A DNA stretch of 64,000 nucleotides from Candidatus Harrisonbacteria bacterium (GCA_016214655.1 JACROC010000007.1:130647-194646); one strand, 5' to 3'. Counted from the first letter of the stretch, positions 8,387 through 18,273 are shown. Notes: generated by a model not told the origin, from the letters alone. A program made the numbers and translations.

Positions 8387-10213
8387 TTATCCTTGTGCAG
8401 GAGGCTCCTTGTGGCCATTTCCATTCTTTAATCCATTTTGGATAAGACCAGCAAGTAGAACGTTGACGAGAGAGTTTCCCCCATCGCCATTGCCTGTTCC
8501 GCCAGCCATGATGTCCGGCACCAGTTTGATTTTGTTGTCAGCCAGCGCCCGTCCAACTTCCATAATGGCATAATTACTTTGGCCTACGGCATTAGTTTTC
8601 TTTTGGATAACTTCCGCTTCGGCCGTACCGACAGCGGTAGTTTTTTCAGCTTGAGCTTTACCGACAACGGTCAGAACTTCAGCATCAGCTTTAGCGTTAA
8701 CGGTTTTTGACGCTGCTTCACCTTCGGCCTGTTTGACTGCGGCTTGAGCAGTGAACTCGGCGATTGCCACGCTGCGTTCAGCATCAACGACTTTAGCTTG
8801 AGTAGCCGCTTGGGCTTTTGCCTGTTCTAATTCTTTGCGGGTTACCTCTGCGAGTCTTTGAGTTTCGTAAGTAACTTTTTCCTGCTCAGCCAGTTTTCTA
8901 TCGGTAAGTGTTTTCATCAGTTCGGCCGGAGGCACGATATCGCCGATAAGCGTATTCACTGCCCCGACGTTATATTCTTGAAGCGCTTCCGAGATACTCT
9001 TTCTGGCATCTTCCTGCCGTTGTCTTCGCGCTTTTAGGAATTCAATGACATCCGAACTCTGGGCGGCATTCCGGAAATAGTTTCCGATCGTTGGCTCCAG
9101 AACTTGAGTTACCAGATTTGCCACATTACCGAACCGCGCAATCACTAATGGCGCGTCATTCCGGGGAATATGAATTATCTGGCTGACGTCCAGGTTGAAT
9201 GAAAAGCCATCTGAAGACCTGACTGTGATAGTCGAAAGTTTTTCGTCCAGCTTGTGGGATTCGGTTTTGCCGGTTGCCCAGTTAAGGACAACGTTGGCAG
9301 TAGGCACGCACTCCAATTTGTGGGTATAGGGATTAATCGGATATTTCCCTGGATCAAGGGGGTCGGCCCAGACGCCTTTTTGTCCCCTGCTTACCAAGTT
9401 GCCGTGCTTGAATTCTTTGCCGCTGACATCAACGCCTTCTGCGCCGACATAGGCGATTACCACACCGACGTGGGCAATGGGAACCGTAGTCATTTCCTTA
9501 AGTTCCACGGTGGCGAAACGCGGGTTGATGAAATATCGTCCGGCCAGCATGACTTGTTCCTGTAAGCCTTTAAATCCGCCATTATCCAGGAAGGCTTGTC
9601 CGTCCTGGAACATGTTATGATTTTGGATTTCTCCGCCGGCAATCTCGCCGGTCTTAAGCGACTTTCCTTCTTTAGTGGTGACAACTCCGACCATATTATC
9701 GTCGATTTCGAGGACCGATTCTTCGGTCACAGAGAAAAGCGCCGTGTTGATCCGGTATGTCCCCGGAGGGATAACCGTAATTTGCGGACCGCGCTCACCG
9801 CCATTCTGGAGAAACGTTCTGGCATCTTGAAATGAATTACAGTCTACCTTTTTTGCAAGAACGCGACCCGCTGCGAGCGGACGGCCGTCGCTGGATTCAA
9901 CCACGCCAATTTTACCCTCTTGAATAGTGGTAAATTTTTGCAGAGTGACCAGATATTGCCATGGCCACAGCCAAAAGTGTACTCCTGGCGCGAGTGTATC
10001 TGCCTGGAGGCCAGCTTCGCCGTTTAAGGCGACGATAGCTCCATCGGGCAGAGTCCGGTTTTTGCCGATGATTACGAACTTCTTATTCACAACGCCCAAA
10101 GAGTCCTCGGGAATCAATACCACTCCGAATACGCGAAGCACCAATTTATAGCCAAATAAAAGCGCTACGATTGGTAATAGCCACAATAGACGCATTAATG
10201 TCTCTACGTTCAT
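8387..10213 (-). CDS. SPFH/flotillin family membrane protein
   Basis: N-terminal TM, repeated L.PG.Y.IN segments, band-7 core, Ala/Glu-rich coiled coil; AAGGAGG SD. Confidence 0.85.
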   Translation of the reverse strand: MNVETLMRLLWLLPIVALLFGYKLVLRVFGVVLIPEDSLGVVNKKFVIIGKNRTLPDGAIVALNGEAGLQADTLAPGVHFWLWPWQYLVTLQKFTTIQEGKIGVVESSDGRPLAAGRVLAKKVDCNSFQDARTFLQNGGERGPQITVIPPGTYRINTALFSVTEESVLEIDDNMVGVVTTKEGKSLKTGEIAGGEIQNHNMFQDGQAFLDNGGFKGLQEQVMLAGRYFINPRFATVELKEMTTVPIAHVGVVIAYVGAEGVDVSGKEFKHGNLVSRGQKGVWADPLDPGKYPINPYTHKLECVPTANVVLNWATGKTESHKLDEKLSTITVRSSDGFSFNLDVSQIIHIPRNDAPLVIARFGNVANLVTQVLEPTIGNYFRNAAQSSDVIEFLKARRQRQEDARKSISEALQEYNVGAVNTLIGDIVPPAELMKTLTDRKLAEQEKVTYETQRLAEVTRKELEQAKAQAATQAKVVDAERSVAIAEFTAQAAVKQAEGEAASKTVNAKADAEVLTVVGKAQAEKTTAVGTAEAEVIQKKTNAVGQSNYAIMEVGRALADNKIKLVPDIMAGGTGNGDGGNSLVNVLLAGLIQNGLKNGNGHKEPPAQG

Positions 10214-10358
10214 TTACCAACACCTCCTTTCCGTTTTTAGTTGTCGTGGCCAAAACAATCCGGCCACGAGCTTGTTGGAGAATACCATATCTATTTATTT
10301 AAGTCAATAAATTTTAAAGTCTTTACAAATACAGATGGCGATATTACACTTTTATCAT

Positions 10359-10700
10359 ATGAAACATTTAACAGAAAAAGATTTACAGGCACTTAAAGAA
10401 CAATTAGAAAAAGAAGCCGGTGAGTTGGAGGCGCAGTTGACGGCAGCTAAAAAGGGTTCGGATTTCGGAAACGATGTGGAATCTGATTTTTCCGAAGAAG
10501 CGGATGAAGCTGAAGAGTTTGCGGCCAACCTAGGCATGCAAGATTCTCTTAAAGGCAGGATGCAAGATATTGAAAATGCCTTGGATAAAATGCTTCGCGG
10601 TGAATACGGGAAATGCGAGAAATGCGGGATGGATATTCCGATGGAAGTCCTGAAAGTGAATCCGGAATCGAGATTGTGTAAGGATTGCAAAGTAAAATAA
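10359..10700 (+). CDS. TraR/DksA C4-type zinc finger protein
   Basis: Acidic coiled coil then YGKCEKCG...RLCKDC; start placed at MKHLT behind TTTACA-N17-TACACT. Confidence 0.85.
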   Translation: MKHLTEKDLQALKEQLEKEAGELEAQLTAAKKGSDFGNDVESDFSEEADEAEEFAANLGMQDSLKGRMQDIENALDKMLRGEYGKCEKCGMDIPMEVLKVNPESRLCKDCKVK

Positions 10701-10704
10701 TCAA

Positions 10705-10790
10705 CGCGATCCAAAACTACAAATGCATACGAATCTACAAATATGAAAAAATTTTCGTAGATTCGGATCAATTCGCAGTTTCGTATCGGT
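10705..10790. repeat. Divergent period-9 inverted array (..TACGAAT / ATTCGTA..)
   Basis: actacaaat gcatacgaat ctacaaat ... ttcgtag attcggatca attcgcag tttcgtat. Confidence 0.65.
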
Positions 10791-10804
10791 TAAAGCGTAA
10801 GCAT

Positions 10805-12343
10805 ATGAATTTATCTAAAGTCTACTCTGCCGCGATTGAAGGCATAGAAGCAAAGCTAATAGAAATTGAGACCGACGTAAACGTCGGTCTTCATAGTTTT
10901 ACTATCGTCGGGTTGGCGGATAAATCACTTTCCGAGGCAAAAGAGCGGGTGAGCTCGGCGCTGAAAAACAGCGGCGTTAAGCCGCCGACCAAAGAAAATC
11001 GTAAAATATTGGTGAATTTGGCCCCGGCGGATTTAAAAAAGACCGGTTCGCAATATGATTTAGGAATTGCCATTGGTTATCTTTTGGCTACTAAGCAGTT
11101 AAAAGAATTTAACACCAAAGATAAAATTTTTGCCGGTGAATTGGCGCTGGATGGCGCGCTTCGTCCGGTAAGCGGAGTTTTGAATATTTCGCGAATGGCT
11201 AAAACGGAAAAGTTTAAGGAAGTTTTCGTGCCGAAAGAAAATGCCGCAGAAGCGGCAATTATTGACGGCGTAAAAGTTATTCCAGTTGGCAGTTTATCGG
11301 ATTTAATCAATCACCTGGAAGACAGAAGGATTATTGATTTACAGCCCAAAACTGAAATTGAGCCGTCGCTTTCTTCCGAGCATCAATTGGTGGATATTAC
11401 CGACATTAAAGGACAGGAGAATGCAAAACGCGCCCTAATGATTGCTGCGGCTGGAGGGCATAATTTATTGATGCAGGGAACTCCGGGTGCCGGAAAAACT
11501 ATGCTGGCGCAGGCTTTAGTTTCCATTCTGCCGCCGCCGAGCTTGGGAGAAATTATTGAGGTGACGCAGATTTATAGCTCTGCCGGATTACTTAAAGGAA
11601 ATTCTTTTATAAATTGGCGGCCATTTCGTTCGCCGCACCAAACTGCTTCGCCAGTTGCAGTTATCGGCGGAGGACAAAATCCAAAGCCGGGAGAAATAAG
11701 TTTAGCGCACCGCGGAGTTTTATTTCTGGATGAGTTGCCGGAATTCCGGCGAGATTTATTGGAAGCCCTCCGTCAGCCGATGGAAAGCGGCAAAGCGATA
11801 ATTTCTAGAATCAGGAATAATTTAGTTTTTCCGGCGAAATTTATTCTGGTGGCCGCGATGAATCCGTGTCCGTGCGGTTATTATGGCGATGAGGAAAAAG
11901 AATGCCGCTGTGGCGCCTACGAGGTAATTCGGTATCAGAAGAAAGTTTCCGGCCCGCTCCTGGATCGGATTGATCTTCAAATTAATGTTCCGCGGGTGAA
12001 GATTGAGCATCTGCAGAATAAAAATCGCGATCAAAAATCAGCAGGAGAAATGCGGGAAAAAATTCTGGCCGCCCGAGAACTTCAAGCCGCCAGATTCGCT
12101 CAATGGAAAGGGATTCTTACTAATTCGGAGATGACCTCTAAGATGTGCGATGAATCAATAGAGTTAGATAAAGCATCCAATCAATTTTTAAAGGATATTT
12201 TTGAAAAATCGCTTATTTCCGCCCGGGGATATTATCGGATTTTGAAAACTGCCCGGACTATCGCTGATTTAGAGAATTCAAATAATGTCAGAGAGGATCA
12301 CTTAGCGGAAGCGTTTCAGTACCGACTTCGGGAAAGCAATTAA
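10805..12343 (+). CDS. comM: YifB/ComM Mg-chelatase-like AAA+ ATPase
   Basis: VNLAPADLKK, GELALDG, GTPGAGKT, PFRSPH, PGEISLAHRGVLFLDELPEF, NPCPCG; start at MNLSK. Confidence 0.9.
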   Translation: MNLSKVYSAAIEGIEAKLIEIETDVNVGLHSFTIVGLADKSLSEAKERVSSALKNSGVKPPTKENRKILVNLAPADLKKTGSQYDLGIAIGYLLATKQLKEFNTKDKIFAGELALDGALRPVSGVLNISRMAKTEKFKEVFVPKENAAEAAIIDGVKVIPVGSLSDLINHLEDRRIIDLQPKTEIEPSLSSEHQLVDITDIKGQENAKRALMIAAAGGHNLLMQGTPGAGKTMLAQALVSILPPPSLGEIIEVTQIYSSAGLLKGNSFINWRPFRSPHQTASPVAVIGGGQNPKPGEISLAHRGVLFLDELPEFRRDLLEALRQPMESGKAIISRIRNNLVFPAKFILVAAMNPCPCGYYGDEEKECRCGAYEVIRYQKKVSGPLLDRIDLQINVPRVKIEHLQNKNRDQKSAGEMREKILAARELQAARFAQWKGILTNSEMTSKMCDESIELDKASNQFLKDIFEKSLISARGYYRILKTARTIADLENSNNVREDHLAEAFQYRLRESN

Positions 12344-12368
12344 AAATATCCGCCTTGGCGGATATTTT
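12344..12368. terminator. Bidirectional terminator
   Basis: aaaatatccgcc-tt-ggcggatatttt between convergent genes. Confidence 0.7.
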
Positions 12369-13588
12369 TATTGAACAAGAGAACTGAGAATTTTCTTTAG
12401 GCCGTTGTAAGAGGTGCTGATTATTAGTTTGTCACCAGACCAGGCAAAGTTGAGTCCGGCGCCTTTTTTGGGATAAGTCAGGTAGCGGGTAGTTGCACCG
12501 TTTGCTTGCCCTTCTTTAAATCCGGCAGCCGGTGTTCCGGGCGAGGTGAGGAAAAGATTAACCAGGTTAGGAGAAGATTCTAATGAGGAAATTACGGCTT
12601 GCACTTCAGATTGGTTGGTTCCTAATCTAAGTCTTAATATGTAGGCCGGCCATATGCCATTGGCATCATAATAAAGCGCAGTAGTAAAATCTTCATCAAA
12701 ATTACTGGCTACGATTCCAGGTGTCAGTTCCGGCAATAATAAAGATAACGTCATTGAGGCTGGTATTTGTCCGTCGGCATCGCTTAAGGTAACCTCCGTT
12801 AGTGATCCGGATGGCAGAGATTTTAAGGCTTCTTGTCGTAAGGCGGCTGTTAAAGAATTTAAGTCAACATTAGCTAGGGATGCCGGTGAAATTGAGTCAG
12901 AAGTTTTCAGGAAAGTCTGGTGCGGTTTTAATGTTGGAGTTGGCTGAGGGACTGGTTCGGTAATTGGCAGTGATTCTTCGATTGGTTCTGGGGTGCCTTC
13001 TGGAATGGTAGCAATCGGAATTTCGGTAACAGGTGGTTGCTCGGTTACTGTTTTTGGCGCCGATGCTGGTCCCCCAAACAGGAACGGGAAAATGTAGAAA
13101 TATCCCAGAAAACCGAATCCGGCTATGACTAAAGCTGAACTGGACCATACCAATATTTTTTTAATTCCTCCTTTTTTGGATTCTTCTTCAATAATTGGCG
13201 GCGCGCCATAAGCTTTTAGTTCTTCTATGCGCGGGAGTTCGGTTCTTTGCGGCTCTCCGAATTTTGCCGAGGGGATTCTCGGCGGCATAGGCGGCAGAGG
13301 CGGAGGAGCGGCTGGCACCTGATACATTTCTTTTTTGAGTTCCGGCGGAGTAAATGGTTTGGGAGCAACATAAGTCCCGCCACTTTCTTTAAGCGATTCA
13401 AGGTCTGATGTCATAGTGCGAAGGACAATTTCTGGTGGCGGAGGCGGCAGTGGTTTTTGGCGCTCCGGTGGTGGCGGAGGCGGTGGTGAAGGCGGCATAG
13501 GAGGAATGGGCCGCGGAGGCGCTGCGGGCTCGGTCGGTTCTGAAGGAAAACTAGCCGGCGGAGTCAATTGTTTTTCATCGGGATCCAT
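12368..13588 (-). CDS. Proline-rich single-pass membrane protein
   Basis: Poly-Pro N-terminus, LRTMTSD segment, one TM helix, C-terminal domain; start MDPDEK 6 nt after TATAAT. Confidence 0.75.
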   Translation of the reverse strand: MDPDEKQLTPPASFPSEPTEPAAPPRPIPPMPPSPPPPPPPERQKPLPPPPPEIVLRTMTSDLESLKESGGTYVAPKPFTPPELKKEMYQVPAAPPPLPPMPPRIPSAKFGEPQRTELPRIEELKAYGAPPIIEEESKKGGIKKILVWSSSALVIAGFGFLGYFYIFPFLFGGPASAPKTVTEQPPVTEIPIATIPEGTPEPIEESLPITEPVPQPTPTLKPHQTFLKTSDSISPASLANVDLNSLTAALRQEALKSLPSGSLTEVTLSDADGQIPASMTLSLLLPELTPGIVASNFDEDFTTALYYDANGIWPAYILRLRLGTNQSEVQAVISSLESSPNLVNLFLTSPGTPAAGFKEGQANGATTRYLTYPKKGAGLNFAWSGDKLIISTSYNGLKKILSSLVQ

Positions 13589-13647
13589 TTTTTTATTATA
13601 GCATATCCGAATTTTTGGCTTAAAATAAAGAAAAAGACTCAAACGTA

Positions 13648-14040
13648 TTAGTTTGAGTCTGTGGTTGATCGGTCTGGCGCTACCAGAGAAAATTTTTCTA
13701 TGACGATTCTTTCTATTTCTTCAATGGAATAGTGGGGCTCAATTTTGATGACCGGAACGGAGTTGCCGTACTTTTCAAGATGCTGCCTGACGCCGGTATC
13801 GGAACTTTTTACCTGGAACCAAATTTTTGAGCGGTTGGGAAGTATGATAAGTATGTCCCATTTCCTTACCCGATCATTAAAATCGTTATGCTTACTCCTG
13901 CCAGCATCGGCGACATAACCTTTTTCTTTCAAGGATTGGCAGGCCCGGAAAGTTTTTCCCTCGGTGATGTTTCCGCGTTCTATTTGGAGTCTCCTGACTA
14001 TACTAAGAATTCTCAATCGGCGTTGGCGCCATTTGCGCAT
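13648..14040 (-). CDS. Small putative PD-(D/E)XK nuclease
   Basis: E...WDILI...WFQVKSS pattern; GGAGG SD. Confidence 0.55.
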   Translation of the reverse strand: MRKWRQRRLRILSIVRRLQIERGNITEGKTFRACQSLKEKGYVADAGRSKHNDFNDRVRKWDILIILPNRSKIWFQVKSSDTGVRQHLEKYGNSVPVIKIEPHYSIEEIERIVIEKFSLVAPDRSTTDSN

Positions 14041-14101
14041 CTGGCGGCCTCCATTTAGAAAACTCTTAAGATGATATTATATTTTTATAAATTAGTCAAC
14101 C

Positions 14102-16210
14102 TTATTTACTTAATTGTTTGATTGAAAGACCAACTTTGCCGTTTTCCATTTTTACGATTTTTGCCCTGACAAAATCACCTAATTTTAAGACATCTTCTAC
14201 CTTTTTGACGTAGCCGTCTTTTAATTCGGATACATGAATCATGCCGTCTTTGCCGGGACTGAATTCAACTATGGCTCCGAATTCTAAAATTTTTATCACC
14301 GTCCCCTCTACTATGTCGCCAACTTTATATTCTTTGGCGATTCCTAAAACCTGATCGTAAGCTTTTTGGGCCGTATCTTTATCTGTGGCGGTAATGAAAA
14401 CTCTGCCGTCATCTTCTATGTCTATTGAAGTTACGCCAGTGGCTTCAATTATTGCATTGATTACTTTGCCTCCCGGACCGATGACCTCGCCGATAAGTTC
14501 CGGATTAATCTGCAGACTAAGAATTCTCGGAGCAAAGGCGGAAAGTTCAGCTCTTGGTTCTGGTAAAGCTTTAACTATAGTTTCTAAAATGTGCAACCGA
14601 GCTTCTTTGGCTTGAGCCAGGGTTTTGCTGAGCATTTCAGGGGTGACGCCAAGAATTTTTACATCCATTTGGATAGCGGTGACGCCATTTTTAGTGCCGG
14701 CCGCTTTAAAATCCATATCGCCGTGGTGGTCTTCCGGTCCTTGGATATCGGTCAGAACTTTAAAATCCTCCCCCTTTTTATCTAATATCAATCCCATGGC
14801 AATTCCGGCCGCCGGTCCTTTAATCGGCACTCCGGCGTCCATTAAGGATAAGCTGCCGGCGCAAACCGATGCCATTGAAGATGAGCCGTTAGACGATAAA
14901 ATTTCGGAAACTAATCTGATGGTGTACGGAAATTTATCTTGCGTGGGTATCAGGGCGCGCAGAGCTTTTTCTGCCAATGCGCCATGGCCGATTTCTCTTC
15001 TGCCAGGCCCCCTCATTGCGCCGACTTCTCCGGTAGAAAATGGCGGGAAATTATAGTGGAGCATAAACCGGCGCTTGCCGGAAAATTCAATAGTATCTAC
15101 TAACTGTTGGTCGCCTGGGGCGCCAAGAGTGGTAAGCGCCAGGGATTGGGTATTGCCGCGGACAAAGAGCGCTGAGCCGTGGACTCGTTTTAACAACCCC
15201 ACTTCGGCATAAAGATCCCGGACTTGATTTAGTTTGCGGCCATCCGGGCGTTTTTCTTCCGCAAGGATTTTTTCATGGAGTAATTCGTCAATTTCTTTAT
15301 CAAAAAGAGTTTCAGCACCGGCAATGTCTTTTTCCGAGTAATCTTTTTCAGCTAGAGCAGTCTTCATTTTACCCTTTAAGGATTCCAGATTTTCTTGCCT
15401 TTCTACCTTGGTTTGGGTATAGAGCGCAGACTCCAGTTTATTTTTCAAAAATTCTTTTACAAATTTTACGATTTCCTGATTGGGTTCAGCTAAATCAACT
15501 TTTTCTTTTTCTTTGCCAGTTTCTTTAATCATATTTTTTTGGAAATTTACCAGGCTAGCAATTTCTTTTTGCGCCATTTCAAAAGCGGCTACTACATCTT
15601 TTTCATTGGCTTCATCTCCGCCAAGTTCAACCATGTTGATCCGGCTGTTAGTGCCGGCAATTAAAGTTTCAAATTCTATTTCTTTATCTTTGAACTCGCT
15701 GGTTTTTGGATTAAGAAGCAGAGCTGGATCATTTTTCAATTTTACTATTTTTACTCCTGCCACCGGACCGTTCCAGGGGATAGAAGAAATCGCCAGCGCA
15801 GCGGAACTGGACAGCAGGCTGATAAAATCTAAATCATTTTCGCCGTCAAAAGATAGGACAGTTATTACCACTTGAACTTCCCTTCTGGTTGCCTGATTAA
15901 ATAATGGCCGTATAGTCCGGTCAACAATGCGGCCGGTCAGAATCGCCTCATCTGAAGACTTTCCTTCACGGCGCATAAAGCGGCTCCCGAGGATTTTCCC
16001 GGCCGCATAAAATTTTTCTTCATAGTTGACCATCAGCGGAAAATAATCTCCATCTTTATCTTCTTTGCTCATGACTGCGGTTGCAAGGACGGTGGTGTCT
16101 CCATAAGTTCCGATCACGGCGGCATTGGCCTGTTCGGCAATGCGGGAAACTTCCAAAGTCAGCGGTTTGCCAGCGAATTCCATTTTAAATTGTTTTCTTT
16201 GTAAATCCAT
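14102..16210 (-). CDS. pnp: Polyribonucleotide nucleotidyltransferase
   Basis: RPDGR, RREIGHG, SNGSSSMAS, GDMDFK, KH (IGPGGK) and S1 domains. Confidence 0.97.
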   Translation of the reverse strand: MDLQRKQFKMEFAGKPLTLEVSRIAEQANAAVIGTYGDTTVLATAVMSKEDKDGDYFPLMVNYEEKFYAAGKILGSRFMRREGKSSDEAILTGRIVDRTIRPLFNQATRREVQVVITVLSFDGENDLDFISLLSSSAALAISSIPWNGPVAGVKIVKLKNDPALLLNPKTSEFKDKEIEFETLIAGTNSRINMVELGGDEANEKDVVAAFEMAQKEIASLVNFQKNMIKETGKEKEKVDLAEPNQEIVKFVKEFLKNKLESALYTQTKVERQENLESLKGKMKTALAEKDYSEKDIAGAETLFDKEIDELLHEKILAEEKRPDGRKLNQVRDLYAEVGLLKRVHGSALFVRGNTQSLALTTLGAPGDQQLVDTIEFSGKRRFMLHYNFPPFSTGEVGAMRGPGRREIGHGALAEKALRALIPTQDKFPYTIRLVSEILSSNGSSSMASVCAGSLSLMDAGVPIKGPAAGIAMGLILDKKGEDFKVLTDIQGPEDHHGDMDFKAAGTKNGVTAIQMDVKILGVTPEMLSKTLAQAKEARLHILETIVKALPEPRAELSAFAPRILSLQINPELIGEVIGPGGKVINAIIEATGVTSIDIEDDGRVFITATDKDTAQKAYDQVLGIAKEYKVGDIVEGTVIKILEFGAIVEFSPGKDGMIHVSELKDGYVKKVEDVLKLGDFVRAKIVKMENGKVGLSIKQLSK

Positions 16211-16318
16211 AAACTATGATACTAATATACTAATTCTACTAATGATACGAATAATACTAATTCTTTTTTATATTCGTATGATTGGTATCATTCGCATGCA
16301 TTCGTATATTGGTATCGC
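16211..16318 (-). repeat. ~105 bp palindromic nonamer element, copy A
   Basis: Reverse complement matches 46666-46763 and 56890-56994. Confidence 0.9.
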
Positions 16319-16319
16319 A

Positions 16320-16820
16320 TTACTTTTTTAATAATACTCTTGGCAATTTTTCTAAATCTACGAATTCGTCGGCCGCTTCCTTTATTTTGGCAGAAGTACT
16401 TCGGCCAAAAGCGGCGACTTCTACTGTCCGTCCGGCGCCCCATTTTAGATATTCTACCAGCGGTACAAAATCACCATCGCCGGTCACTAAGATGACTACG
16501 TCCAGGAGATTGGACATCCGAATGGCGTCTACTGCCATACCCACGTCCCAGTCGGCTTTTTTCATGCCGCCGGCGAAAATTTGTAAATCTTTACTTCTTA
16601 ACTCCAGCCCGCTTTTTATCAAAGCATCAAAAAATGCCGCTTCCCCTTCGGCGGTTTCACTTTTAACTACATAAGCGATGGCCGTAATTAATTTTCGGCC
16701 GCTAACCAATTCTTTTAAGAGTTCTTTATAGTTGACTCTGGCGTGGTATAAATTTTTTGCCGAGTGATAGAGATTTTGTATATCAATAAAAATACCAACT
16801 CGCTGATCCCTTCTTTTCAA
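16320..16820 (-). CDS. NYN domain (LabA/DUF88) putative RNase
   Basis: IFIDIQN, KKADWDVGMAVD, VTGDGDFVP, AADEF motifs. Confidence 0.9.
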   Translation of the reverse strand: MKRRDQRVGIFIDIQNLYHSAKNLYHARVNYKELLKELVSGRKLITAIAYVVKSETAEGEAAFFDALIKSGLELRSKDLQIFAGGMKKADWDVGMAVDAIRMSNLLDVVILVTGDGDFVPLVEYLKWGAGRTVEVAAFGRSTSAKIKEAADEFVDLEKLPRVLLKK

Positions 16821-16834
16821 TTAATTTGCGCAGA

Positions 16835-16915
16835 ACGCAAACGATGCGAACATATACGGATGCTGCTAATAATTTATTTTATTCGCGGCATTCGCATACA
16901 TTCGTAGGTTTGCAT
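16835..16915. repeat. Divergent period-9 inverted array between rpsO and NYN
   Basis: cgcaaac gatgcgaac atatacggat gctgctaat ... attcgcggc attcgcatac attcgtagg tttgcat. Confidence 0.65.
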
Positions 16916-16925
16916 TATGCTTTAT

Positions 16926-17192
16926 TTATTTTTTCAATCCCAACCTTTTAATTAAAGTATTATAGGATTTGTTATCTGTTTTTGAAAGATAATCCAATAA
17001 TCTTTTTCTTTTACCGACCATTTTTAATAATCCCCTGCGGGAAAGGTTGTCTTTGCGATGTTTTTTGAGATGAGCGGTTAATTCTTCGATTTGCTTGGTT
17101 AAAATCGCTACTTGAACTTGCGGAGAACCGGTATCGGTCTCGTGCTGACCATGCTCTTTTAGGACATTCAGTTTTTGTCTAGTAGTTAACAT
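16926..17192 (-). CDS. rpsO: 30S ribosomal protein S15
   Basis: DTGSPQVQVAILT, HRKD..SRRGLLKMVGKRKRLLDYL; 88 aa from MLTTRQK. Confidence 0.97.
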   Translation of the reverse strand: MLTTRQKLNVLKEHGQHETDTGSPQVQVAILTKQIEELTAHLKKHRKDNLSRRGLLKMVGKRKRLLDYLSKTDNKSYNTLIKRLGLKK

Positions 17193-17274
17193 TGATTTAT
17201 ATATTACCTTACTTTTAAGAAAATTACAATAGCAATAACTGTCGCACAATATCTTTCCGGGGTATAATAAATTT

Positions 17275-18183
17275 ATGACAGAAATCGAAAAATTATTAAA
17301 AGAATATCTTGATTATCTGGAAATAGAAAAAAATCGTTCGCCGAAGACGCGGGAGAATTATGAGCGTTATCTAAGGGTTTTTATTAACTATTCAAAAGCT
17401 AAAAATGTAGAGGATATTACTACTGAACGGGTTAAAGAGTTTAGGGTGTATCTTGCCAGGCAAGAGGATTTAAAGAAAATTACCCAGACGTATTACGCGA
17501 TTGCTCTCCGGAATTTTTTAAAGTATTTAGTAAAAAATGATTATGATGTTTTGTCGCCGGATAAGATTGAACTCCCGAAGATTCCTAAGCGGCAGATTGA
17601 CATTATTGAGTATGCTGATTTGGAGAGATTTTTAAGCGCGCCGCTGCAAAATACGCTCCGAGGTTTGCGCGACCGCGCTATTTTGGAAACGTTTTTTTCC
17701 ACCGGACTCCGTATTTCCGAGCTTTGCAATCTAGACCGGTATATAAATTTGGACCGAGGGGAGGTATCGGTGCGCGGGAAAGGAGAAAAACTCCGAGTAG
17801 TGTTTTTATCTGACCGGGCGCGGGCGGCTCTTAAAAATTGGCTGGAAAAACGCACTGACACTTTAGAACATTTGTTTGTCAGTTTGTCCAAAAGCTCAAA
17901 GCTAAAAACTCAAAGCTCGCCCAAGGTAATCGGGAAAATTACTCCGCGCGCAGTGCAGCGGCTGGTGGAATTTTATCGCCGCAAAGCCGGCATTGCCAAG
18001 AAGATTACTCCCCACCAGATCCGGCATCAGTTCGCTACTGATTTATTGGTAAATGGCGCCGATCTCCGTTCGGTCCAGGAGCTTCTGGGGCATAGCAATA
18101 TTTCCACCACGCAGATTTATACTCACCTAACCAACAAAGAGCTTCGGGAGGTGCATAAATCGTTCCATGCCCGGAGACGATAG
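17275..18183 (+). CDS. XerC/XerD-family tyrosine recombinase
   Basis: TGLRISEL, GKG.K.R, HQIRHQFAT, LLGH, TTQIYTH catalytic set. Confidence 0.92.
   Translation: MTEIEKLLKEYLDYLEIEKNRSPKTRENYERYLRVFINYSKAKNVEDITTERVKEFRVYLARQEDLKKITQTYYAIALRNFLKYLVKNDYDVLSPDKIELPKIPKRQIDIIEYADLERFLSAPLQNTLRGLRDRAILETFFSTGLRISELCNLDRYINLDRGEVSVRGKGEKLRVVFLSDRARAALKNWLEKRTDTLEHLFVSLSKSSKLKTQSSPKVIGKITPRAVQRLVEFYRRKAGIAKKITPHQIRHQFATDLLVNGADLRSVQELLGHSNISTTQIYTHLTNKELREVHKSFHARRR
17890..17917. repeat. Four-unit heptamer array (CAAAGCT) inside the recombinase
   Basis: aaaagct caaagct aaaaact caaagct; encodes KSSKLKTQSS. Confidence 0.65.
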
Positions 18184-18186
18184 CTA

Positions 18187-18215
18187 TTGACAGAAAATTT
18201 ATTATATGCTATATT
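18187..18215 (+). promoter_or_regulatory. Promoter TTGACA-N17-TATATT
   Basis: Perfect -35, 17 bp spacer, extended -10 TG. Confidence 0.7.
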
Positions 18216-18273
18216 ATAAATATGATCAGGCCGATGCGTTTTGGTCTGACACAACAGTTCTTTGGGGGGTTAC

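Noticed and set aside
10685-10804. Upstream extension of comM (likewise rpsO to 17249, rsmA to 1675, 12368-13642)
   Set aside because: Extensions run through repeat, promoter or neighbouring-gene sequence; family similarity starts at the later Met.
13280-13560. GGC/GGT-rich stretch as a DNA repeat element
   Set aside because: Explained by poly-proline codons of the minus-strand gene.
16211-16318. Nonamer and heptamer arrays as CRISPR
   Set aside because: No constant 23-47 bp repeats with unique spacers and no cas genes.
17275-18183. Tyrosine recombinase as a prophage or integron integrase
   Set aside because: Size and motifs fit a chromosomal Xer protein; no IntI-specific insertion, attC array or phage genes seen.
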